Of a DNA stretch of 60,990 bases, positions 46,796 through 54,253 are shown in pieces. The stretch comes from Candidatus Kaiserbacteria bacterium (lineage in GTDB: Bacteria > Patescibacteriota > Minisyncoccia > Phycocordibacterales > UBA2100), in NCBI GenBank assembly GCA_021413775.1, contig JAIOPS010000036.1:1-60990 (forward strand), written 5' to 3'. The notes under the pieces were generated by a model, which worked only from the letters and a program-made list of their open reading frames with translations, was not told the origin of the DNA and made no database searches. Position 1 is the first letter of the stretch, and the number at the start of each line of letters is the position of its first letter. The translations under genes were made by a program, and so were the position numbers.

Positions 46796-47857
46796 TTAGT
46801 CACTTTCGGAATCCGATGAGGTCGCGACAGACGTCGATGCTGCCGTTGATGTCGCCGATGTAGTCCCGACCGTTGTATCGATTGAGAGGCGGATATCCGC
46901 ATCGATATGAACTCGCGCGGAATCGGCCGTTCGTGCCGCCGACTGGAATGTCGCGAAGGCTTCACCGAAGTCTCCGTCTTTCATTTTCTGATCACCGGCG
47001 GCAATGGTCTGTTCGGCGGTAGCCACCGACATACGTGCGACCAGCGATGATGTGGCGTCGGTCTTCGCGGCGGCTATGATGGACTCCTTTACTTTTTCCA
47101 GAGCGTTGCCGGCATTTTTTCGCGTGGAAAGAGCTGCGGCTTCTGCATGCTTCGTATCAGAGTGAGTGATAATCCTCTCTGCGGATGAACGTTTTGAAGA
47201 GACTTCCGCGTTACGTGCAATTACGCTGGCCAAAAGCGGCACCACGGACTCGGCACCTTCCTTATCAGCGAGCACTGAGAGAACTTGCGCATGACCGGAG
47301 AGAGTTGCTTCGAGATTCGACTGCGCCTGAACGGCATTCGCCGCGTCGCCTGCATTATCGGAATCCTCCATAGCGGCTACGTGCACGTTGAAGTCCGTGG
47401 CCGTCAGCGCGATTTGTGACTGAATTTGCGCGCGCGCAACAGGCGTCAGCTTCCCTTCTGCGGCAAGCTGCTCAGCTTCCTCCAGCCTTCTCGTCATTAA
47501 TCGCGTGTTCCAATCCGCTTTTTCCGACTGCGTAGAAGCAAGTCTGCCTTCGAGCGGTTCATTCACGTGGATTTTAATTGCGTACAGAGGACTTCCCGGA
47601 AGTGCGTTTTCTGCCGCATACGACGAACCGATTCCCACGACCAAAGCGAGGGCCAGCGCCGACGAGGCGAGTGCACCGAAAGACCGCCCCGTACTCCCGT
47701 AGCCGGAAAGCGCGTCGAGTATCCGGAGTCGTAACGGGGCGCGCACAGGATGCTCGCTCATGTACGCGCGCAAAGAGTTACGCATGTGTGCGCGCTCATT
47801 ATGCGTTAATGAACTTTTGCCTGAATCGTTTAAATCTTTTGTGTGTTCTTCAATCAT
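46796..47857 (-). CDS. DUF5667-type bitopic protein, probable anti-sigma factor
   Basis: TM followed by AENALPGSPLYAIKIHVNE and RRLEEA; near an ECF sigma. Confidence 0.7.
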   Translation of the reverse strand: MIEEHTKDLNDSGKSSLTHNERAHMRNSLRAYMSEHPVRAPLRLRILDALSGYGSTGRSFGALASSALALALVVGIGSSYAAENALPGSPLYAIKIHVNEPLEGRLASTQSEKADWNTRLMTRRLEEAEQLAAEGKLTPVARAQIQSQIALTATDFNVHVAAMEDSDNAGDAANAVQAQSNLEATLSGHAQVLSVLADKEGAESVVPLLASVIARNAEVSSKRSSAERIITHSDTKHAEAAALSTRKNAGNALEKVKESIIAAAKTDATSSLVARMSVATAEQTIAAGDQKMKDGDFGEAFATFQSAARTADSARVHIDADIRLSIDTTVGTTSATSTAASTSVATSSDSESD

Positions 47858-47916
47858 ACGTGCGGGGGTATTTCCAGGCGATGAGGCACTGTGCCGGCTC
47901 TCCGCCCCATGCTCTG

Positions 47917-47943
47917 TAGACGACCGGCATCCCGGTATCTTAC
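47917..47943 (-). promoter_or_regulatory. candidate ECF-sigma promoter
   Basis: GTAAG-N16-CGTCTA on the minus strand, upstream of the DUF5667 gene and downstream of the RRM terminator. Confidence 0.4.
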
Positions 47944-47970
47944 TTCACGGTCCGGGAACACCGTATACAA

Positions 47971-47998
47971 CAAAAGGACCCCGTACGGGGTCCTTTTG
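47971..47998 (-). terminator. intrinsic terminator of the RRM gene
   Basis: CAAAAGGACCCC-gtac-GGGGTCCTTTTG perfect inverted repeat. Confidence 0.85.
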
Positions 47999-48014
47999 CG
48001 AGTCAGCAAGAGAG

Positions 48015-48374
48015 TTACCAGTTGCGTCCGCCGCCGTTTCCACCGCGGCTTCCACCACCGTAACCACCACCGCCGTTGCCTCCACCGTAACCGCCACCTG
48101 AGTGACTGTCGCGGCGAGGGCGCTCCTCCATGGGACGGGCTTCGTTGACCGTAAGAGTACGACCACCAAAATCCTTTCCGTTCCACATGTCGATAGCCTT
48201 CTGAGCATCTTCGTCAGAAGACATTTCAACGAAACCGAATCCCTTCGAACGACCGCTCATCCTGTCCATGATGATTGCGGCCGACTCGACGGCACCGGCT
48301 CCGGAGAAAGCTTCACGGAGCTCGTCTTCAGACGTGCTGTAAGGCAGTCCGCCGACATACAATTTCTTCGCCAT
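48015..48374 (-). CDS. RRM RNA-binding protein with Gly-rich tail
   Basis: RNP2 LYVGGL, RNP1 KGFGFVEM, GRTLTVNEARP, GGY repeats. Confidence 0.95.
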   Translation of the reverse strand: MAKKLYVGGLPYSTSEDELREAFSGAGAVESAAIIMDRMSGRSKGFGFVEMSSDEDAQKAIDMWNGKDFGGRTLTVNEARPMEERPRRDSHSGGGYGGGNGGGGYGGGSRGGNGGGRNW

Positions 48375-48498
48375 GAGTCTACAAATTTTTTCCTCTAAAC
48401 ATGTAAATCAACCTTCCACTCGCATGGAAACTTACATTCCGAAATAGAGTACCATGGGCCTTAAATCGTGCAAGAGGGTGTGGACAAAACCTCGGGAC

Positions 48499-49044
48499 TC
48501 AGGTCTGAAGCACCTTCCTGTTCATCAGTTTACTCAGCCTCTCAATGCCCCGGTGGATTCTCACCGACACGACATTTTCCGATACGCCGAGTTTTACTGC
48601 AATTTCCCTCGGTGACATTTCATCTACGTACCGCATAGAGATGGCCGTCCGGTATATCTCATCGAGTCCGTTTAACATATGCATCGCCTCACGCGACGCC
48701 GGCGTATCCGCGAAATCTTTGACGGACTCGTCGACGGGCTCGAAGCCGTCCGCCTCCATCATCGCATCGAGGGAGGCTGATTTTTTCTTCCGTGAACCGT
48801 CTACGATAAGATTGTTCGCAACCCGATACAAAAATGCACGCATGTGGTCCACTTTTTTGCCTTCGCTCAGATAGAGCCAGGTGCGCGAAAAAGCCTCCTG
48901 CACAATGTCCTTTGCGGCTTCCCTGTCCCGCACGCGGATTACACAATGCCGAAAAAGCGCCTCGGAGTTCGCATCATACGCCTCGAGGAACTCGACCTCG
49001 AGCTTCTTGGACCACTCTAGTTGCCGGGGTTGTTTTTTTGCCAT
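48499..49044 (-). CDS. ECF-type RNA polymerase sigma factor
   Basis: AKDIVQEAF, FLYRVANNLIVD, SPREIA..LGVSENVVSVRIHRG. Confidence 0.92.
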   Translation of the reverse strand: MAKKQPRQLEWSKKLEVEFLEAYDANSEALFRHCVIRVRDREAAKDIVQEAFSRTWLYLSEGKKVDHMRAFLYRVANNLIVDGSRKKKSASLDAMMEADGFEPVDESVKDFADTPASREAMHMLNGLDEIYRTAISMRYVDEMSPREIAVKLGVSENVVSVRIHRGIERLSKLMNRKVLQT

Positions 49045-49283
49045 AGTGCCGGATATGTATTGCCATTTGAACATTTCCAACATGAAGAAAACATTAATAT
49101 CTTCATGCGGTCCGCGCCCGAGAGAAGCCGGCCGGCCGGATGCGGTTATTACACGAGGTTACGACGAGTTATTCCAAAGGTTATTTGAGGTCTGTGGGTC
49201 ACACATATTTTGCTCGCCGTCGCTCGCAAAATTGTCTGACCACGGCTCGCTGCCTCGCCTACTGGCTCGGCACCGCTGCGTCC

Positions 49284-49336
49284 GTCCACACAGCGAAAAA
49301 GCCTGCCGCAGGGCAGGCCTTTTCGTCTGTGTGGAC
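49284..49336 (-). repeat. long inverted repeat overlapping the tRNA 3' end (terminator or REP-like)
   Basis: GTCCACACAG-CGAAAA-a-GCCTGCC / GGCAGGC-c-TTTTCG-t-CTGTGTGGAC. Confidence 0.6.
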
Positions 49337-49404
49337 CCTAGCGGATTCGAACCGCTGACATCCACATTGCAAATGTGGCGCTCTACCAACTGAGCTAAGG
49401 GCCC
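49332..49404 (-). tRNA. tRNA-Ala(TGC)
   Basis: GGGCCCTTAGCTCAGTTGGTAGAGC...TTTGCAA loop...GGTTCGAATCC; G3-U70 alanine identity pair; CCA not encoded. Confidence 0.97.
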
Positions 49405-49463
49405 GCACCGAAAATGTACCAGTTCCGCCGAAAACGGCAACGCCTGTGTGGTACTCTCTCGAT

Positions 49464-50291
49464 ATGAAAGGCATGGAAACGCCCCGGCAGAGTGATTTCA
49501 GACGCGAGAGCATTGAAGGACCGCTCGACAGCGCTGTTTCATTTTCTCCCGAGAGAGGCGGTATCATCACGTCACTAAGACTCGCCGGTACGGAGGTTCT
49601 GTACATGGAGGAAGACACTTTCAAAGACCCGTCGAAAAATGTCCGCGGCGGTATTCCGCTTCTTTTCCCCAACAGCGGACCTGTCGAGCACGAACTGTTT
49701 CCCGGTTTGAAACAGCACGGCTTCGCCCGCACGATGAACAGCTGGAAATCAATGCCGACCGGAGGCAAGCCGCAATTCGCCGAGCGCTTGAGCGACACTG
49801 ACGCAACCCGCGAACAGTACCCCTACCCGTTTACTCTGGAGGTCGGCGGCTCACTCGAAGAGGACGGAACTTTTTTGATGTACCAGCGCGCAACGAACAC
49901 TGCCGGAACAGATTCAGCGATGCACATGCCTGTCGCGATGGGGCTGCATCCGTATTTCCGTGTGGCTGCAGCGGAAAAGGAAAACATTTCTTTTCAGTTT
50001 ACCGGCGGAGATGTCATCACACGGGATGTTCGTGTATGGGCCAAGGAAGGCGGCACCGTATCAGTAGACAACCCGGGCACATCCATGCCGGTACATATCC
50101 CGAGCATCGGCACGCTCGTCTTGACCGCTTCTCCCGAATACCGGAAGGTATGGATTTGGTCGCTGCCAGACAAAGATTTTATATGTATCGAACCGGTGAT
50201 GCGTGACGAAGGCGGACTCGTCCGCGACCCCGCGTACGTCGAGCCCGGCGAATCGCTCACCGGACGGTTTTCGATACGGCTGGAAAAATAG
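49464..50291 (+). CDS. aldose 1-epimerase / galactose mutarotase-like protein
   Basis: RGGIPLLFP, QHGFAR, GLHPYF, FICIEP. Confidence 0.88.
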   Translation: MKGMETPRQSDFRRESIEGPLDSAVSFSPERGGIITSLRLAGTEVLYMEEDTFKDPSKNVRGGIPLLFPNSGPVEHELFPGLKQHGFARTMNSWKSMPTGGKPQFAERLSDTDATREQYPYPFTLEVGGSLEEDGTFLMYQRATNTAGTDSAMHMPVAMGLHPYFRVAAAEKENISFQFTGGDVITRDVRVWAKEGGTVSVDNPGTSMPVHIPSIGTLVLTASPEYRKVWIWSLPDKDFICIEPVMRDEGGLVRDPAYVEPGESLTGRFSIRLEK

Positions 50292-50292
50292 T

Positions 50293-51261
50293 TCAGCGAT
50301 GCGTCCGTGCAAGGTGAATGGCGTGTTCGAGAAATTCCGGGACGGATGAACCGACGGCTTCGAGCATCTGAGGAAATGATGACCCCGGATACAGACCCGG
50401 TATCGCATTGACCTCGAGAAGATATACGCCGTAGGGCGTGCGTATCAGGTCGGCGCGAGAAAAATGAGCTAGACCGAGAGTCGCATGCGCACGTTTCGCG
50501 ATATTTTCCATGGAAAGCTTTTCCTCATAGGAGAACGGGCTCGGAACACTATGGCGCGCGAGCGACGCAAGATGCGCTTCCGGAGAAAGAAATTGCAGTT
50601 CGTGAGCAACAAGAGCCGGCGGAAGCGCGTACAGGTTTTCGTTACGGAAATTTTCAATGACACCGACAGACACTTCTTCGCCCCGGATATATTCCTCGAC
50701 CAGCGCGGCACCGAACGCATCCAGCACATCTGCAATCGCATCCGGTAACTCCCTGATGGTTTTCGCAATACGTATGCCCGCGCCTGCGCCTTCACTCGGG
50801 GGCTTCACAACGTAGGGCGGACCGAATTGTTCGAATACGAGACCAGACATGTCACCGGTGTGCATTTCATTCTGCAAGGAGAACGAAACGGCACGCGGCA
50901 TACGGATTCCCGCCTGAGAGAGCATTTCTCGCGCGCGGATTTTATTGAGCGCAATGCCCGATGCCTGCGCACGCGAGCCCGCATACGGCGTTCCGGAGCG
51001 GTCCAGGAGGCGCTGGAGCGTGCCGTCCTCGCCGACTCCCCCGTGAACTGCATTCAAGACAACGTCTACTTGTGAAAGTGTGCGCACGGGCGTCGACGGT
51101 ATTCCCCGCATATGCCACAGGCCGCTTTTGTCGATGAGAATGTCGCGCACTTCGTACTTGTCGGAAGGAAGCGCACTCATCATCACGGCACCGGTTTTAA
51201 GAGAAAGCGGATACTCGCTCGATGTTCCGCCGCGAATGACGCCTACAGTGACGCGAGTCAT
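50293..51261 (-). CDS. ddl: D-alanine--D-alanine ligase
   Basis: GGTSSEY.LSL, HGGVGEDG, VVKP, LEVNAIPG. Confidence 0.9.
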   Translation of the reverse strand: MTRVTVGVIRGGTSSEYPLSLKTGAVMMSALPSDKYEVRDILIDKSGLWHMRGIPSTPVRTLSQVDVVLNAVHGGVGEDGTLQRLLDRSGTPYAGSRAQASGIALNKIRAREMLSQAGIRMPRAVSFSLQNEMHTGDMSGLVFEQFGPPYVVKPPSEGAGAGIRIAKTIRELPDAIADVLDAFGAALVEEYIRGEEVSVGVIENFRNENLYALPPALVAHELQFLSPEAHLASLARHSVPSPFSYEEKLSMENIAKRAHATLGLAHFSRADLIRTPYGVYLLEVNAIPGLYPGSSFPQMLEAVGSSVPEFLEHAIHLARTHR

Positions 51262-51277
51262 CGAAAAAGTATACCAC

Positions 51278-51787
51278 CTAGCCTCTCAGATCCTCGAGCA
51301 GCAGGTTGGCGGGAACCTTGAAAACGGACGTGTCGGCATTCCACCACGGTTCACAACCTTCATCGAGCCGCAGCGCGGCTCCTGCGCCGGTGTTATCAGC
51401 CGTACCGGCACCGAGCAAGGTATCAAGGCCTATGACGATAGCGCTGTCGGAATCAGAATCCCAGACGAAAAAGCCGTCAGGCGTGAGGAGGGTATGCTTC
51501 GTCAAACCGCTTGATACATCACTGTAATCAATTCGCATCATATCGTCCGCGATGTAAGCGACTTTTTGTGCTGATGCGGAAAAATTGGACGCGCTCGTTC
51601 TGCAGATAGTGGCGGGCTTACCATGAACAATCTGCAACACGTCGCGCAGACTGAAATCGGAGGCGAGATGGCTGGTTGCCGCAGATATCACAGACGCGGA
51701 ATTGTAGCGGTACCACACATAGCCCGCTCCGCCGAAAACTACGGCGAAGAGCAGTGCAACTGCGGTCACGGCCCTCCCTTCAAACAT
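51278..51787 (-). CDS. hypothetical membrane-anchored protein
   Basis: N-terminal TM; C-terminal C..W..D...F.VP pattern; TATACT 6 nt upstream of ATG 51787. Confidence 0.65.
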   Translation of the reverse strand: MFEGRAVTAVALLFAVVFGGAGYVWYRYNSASVISAATSHLASDFSLRDVLQIVHGKPATICRTSASNFSASAQKVAYIADDMMRIDYSDVSSGLTKHTLLTPDGFFVWDSDSDSAIVIGLDTLLGAGTADNTGAGAALRLDEGCEPWWNADTSVFKVPANLLLEDLRG

Positions 51788-51791
51788 ACCC

Positions 51792-53033
51792 CTAGTATAT
51801 CTTGCCGCGACGCTGTCTGTGCCATGCAATACCGAACCTGTGGGATTCATTATTTGCGAGCAATATATCCCGTTCATACGCCTGAATGGCCCGCCCGTCT
51901 CCGATAATGCCTTTCGGTTGATGACGCTCATTCTTCACAACTCCGACGACAGGCACAAAGACCCCCGCTTTTTTCAGAATCTTTTCGGCGGCGCGCAGTT
52001 GTGCTTTCCCTCCGTCGACGACGAAGACGCGTGGCAGCGGCCACTCCGTATGATTCAGACGCCTTTCGAGTACCTCGCTCAGTGCCGCAACATCGTTATT
52101 GGTAACCGTCTGTATCTTAAATTTGCGATACGCGTTTTTTATTTTCTCTCCGTTATCGACGACCGTCATAACTCCCACAGTCTCTACTCCGGCAGTATGC
52201 GCGATGTCATATGCCTCAACTCGAACTCCCCCGCCCGCCGACACACGCTCAGTCCGTATAAGCGATACGTCTTTCACGTGCTCCAGCGCTGCACACTGGC
52301 GGCGCAATATTTCCGCCAATTCAAACTGCTCGTTTTTTGATGCGGCCTTCATCTCTTTTACCAGTTGCCGTTTCAAGCCCTGAAAATTGCCTGAGAATAA
52401 CTGTCGAATGTGCCGCATCTGCATCGCGTACGCTGTTTTTGACATCTCACCTGTGCACACGCCCGGACAGAGACCTATCTGCCTGTTGAAACACGGCTTG
52501 CATGTTACCTGCGAAGGATGCAGTGCCAACTGCTCGACACACGGCGTGCACTTAGCATCCCGGAACGGAAAGATGCGCCGAATTATTTTCATGGCCTCCT
52601 GCAGTTGGATTCCCTGCGGGAACGGTCCGAAAACATGACTCGTCTTCATGCCGCTGCCGCTTTGAAAAAGCTCTCTGCCGCGAATCACAAGAACTTTGGG
52701 AAAATCCTCCTTGGTCAAAACGACATAATTAAAGCTCTTATTGTCCTTCGACGCGACGTTGAAGGGCGGCATTTCACGCTTAATCAGATTCGCTTCAAGA
52801 ATCAGCGCTTCGAGTACCGAACCCGTCTGAATATGTGACACCGAATCCGCATCCTTCACCATCTGAGAAATAGCGGGAGCCCGCGTGACTGCAAGGTCCT
52901 TGGCGAAGTAACTCCGCACCCTGTCACGCAGGGAGGCCGCCTTGCCTACGTACAGAATCTTTCCGTCTTTTTTGAACTGATATATCCCCGGTTCGTCGGG
53001 AAGCTTGAATTGGTTGAGTTCCGCGCGATTCAT
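51792..53033 (-). CDS. uvrC: excinuclease ABC subunit C (short, no C-terminal HhH)
   Basis: GIY-YIG (PGIYQF..LYVGKA), Cys cluster, UVR domain, EAYDIAH, VDGGKAQ. Confidence 0.92.
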   Translation of the reverse strand: MNRAELNQFKLPDEPGIYQFKKDGKILYVGKAASLRDRVRSYFAKDLAVTRAPAISQMVKDADSVSHIQTGSVLEALILEANLIKREMPPFNVASKDNKSFNYVVLTKEDFPKVLVIRGRELFQSGSGMKTSHVFGPFPQGIQLQEAMKIIRRIFPFRDAKCTPCVEQLALHPSQVTCKPCFNRQIGLCPGVCTGEMSKTAYAMQMRHIRQLFSGNFQGLKRQLVKEMKAASKNEQFELAEILRRQCAALEHVKDVSLIRTERVSAGGGVRVEAYDIAHTAGVETVGVMTVVDNGEKIKNAYRKFKIQTVTNNDVAALSEVLERRLNHTEWPLPRVFVVDGGKAQLRAAEKILKKAGVFVPVVGVVKNERHQPKGIIGDGRAIQAYERDILLANNESHRFGIAWHRQRRGKIY

Positions 53034-53074
53034 ATGACGAGTATACCCAAACCGTTGTCCACAGCGAGTATTTT

Positions 53075-53102
53075 TTGACGAGGGCTTTTATGCGCGTATA
53101 CT
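53075..53102 (+). promoter_or_regulatory. sigma70 promoter of carAB
   Basis: TTGACG (53075-53080), 16 nt spacer, TATACT (53097-53102). Confidence 0.7.
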
Positions 53103-53111
53103 GCCATTTTA

Positions 53112-53213
53112 ATGACTCCGAAGATGCTCGCGCCGAATGACACCCCGACCGGGGCTCTTTTTTTGTCCGTATTTCCTCCCGCACGAAGCGGGATTTTTTC
53201 TACCGCGATATGA
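53112..53213 (+). promoter_or_regulatory. candidate attenuator: 33-aa leader ORF spanning two terminator-like hairpins
   Basis: MTPKMLAPNDTPTGALFLSVFPPARSGIFSTAI*; hairpin plus T-run at 53143-53164 and 53177-53199; stop overlaps the carA ATG. Confidence 0.5.
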
Positions 53214-54253
53214 AGCTCTACTTGGAGGACGGTACTTCGTACGCGGGCGAAGCTTTCGGCCACAACGGGCCTGCCACGGGCGAAGCGGTTTTCGCGACGG
53301 GCATGACCGGGTACGTTGAGTCTCTCACCGACCCCTCCTTCGCGGGCCAAATTCTGGTCTGCACCTACCCGCTCATCGGCAACTACGGAGTCCCCTCTCC
53401 GGATGTTTTCGAATCCTCCCGCATACACGTTGCGGGCCTGGTCGTCTCAGAGTACTCGGCGAATTACTCGCACCACGATGCATTGCAATCGCTCGACTCA
53501 TGGCTCAAGGCTCATAAAATCCCCGCACTTACGGGTGTAGACACGCGCGCCATAACCAAACGCCTCCGTGAGCGCGGCGTCATGCTCGGCCAGTTGAACC
53601 GCGGAAAACCCGGCGCGTTTGAGGACCCGAACCGGGAAAACCTTGTAGCGCGTGTGTCTCCGAAAGAGATCCGTGTATACGGCGACGGGCCTCTTAAAAT
53701 TGTGCTCGTCGATTGCGGCTCGAAAGAAAACATCGTGCGCTCGCTCGTCCGCCCCGGCATCACGCTCACCCGTGTGCCATGGAACTACGACTTCACCAAC
53801 GACGAGTACCACGCCCTCGTGCTTTCAAACGGCCCCGGGGACCCGGAGATGTGCGGGCCGACGGTCACACACATCCGTACTGCAATGCGTGCCGGTAAGC
53901 CCATCCTGGGCGTATGTCTCGGCAATCAGCTACTGGCTCTCGCCGCGGGCGGTTCGACGTACAAGCTCAAGTACGGGCACCGTTCCCAGAACCAACCGTG
54001 TATCGAGAGCGCTACCGGTCGCTGCTACATCACGTCTCAGAATCACGGCTTTGCGGTCGACGCCTCTACGCTCTCCTCAGGCTGGTCCGTATGGTTTACC
54101 AATGCGAACGACGGGTCCGTCGAGGGTATCCGGCACAGCACGAAACCGTGGCGCTCCGTCCAGTTTCATCCTGAAAGCTCACCGGGACCCACCGACACAG
54201 CCTGGATATTTGATGAATTTCTCAACGGTCTTCCGAAACAGATACGCATATGA
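53210..54253 (+). CDS. carA: carbamoyl-phosphate synthase small subunit
   Basis: TGMTGY.ESLTDPS, YPLIGNYG, SNGPGDP, GVCLG, QFHPE. Confidence 0.96.
   Translation: MKLYLEDGTSYAGEAFGHNGPATGEAVFATGMTGYVESLTDPSFAGQILVCTYPLIGNYGVPSPDVFESSRIHVAGLVVSEYSANYSHHDALQSLDSWLKAHKIPALTGVDTRAITKRLRERGVMLGQLNRGKPGAFEDPNRENLVARVSPKEIRVYGDGPLKIVLVDCGSKENIVRSLVRPGITLTRVPWNYDFTNDEYHALVLSNGPGDPEMCGPTVTHIRTAMRAGKPILGVCLGNQLLALAAGGSTYKLKYGHRSQNQPCIESATGRCYITSQNHGFAVDASTLSSGWSVWFTNANDGSVEGIRHSTKPWRSVQFHPESSPGPTDTAWIFDEFLNGLPKQIRI

Noticed and set aside
48020-48100. GGY/GGN-coding repeats as a DNA repeat element
   Set aside because: Explained by the Gly-rich tail of the RRM protein
49100-49404. Integrated mobile element at tRNA-Ala
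   Set aside because: No integrase and no direct-repeat copy of the tRNA 3' end seen in the window; only an inverted repeat
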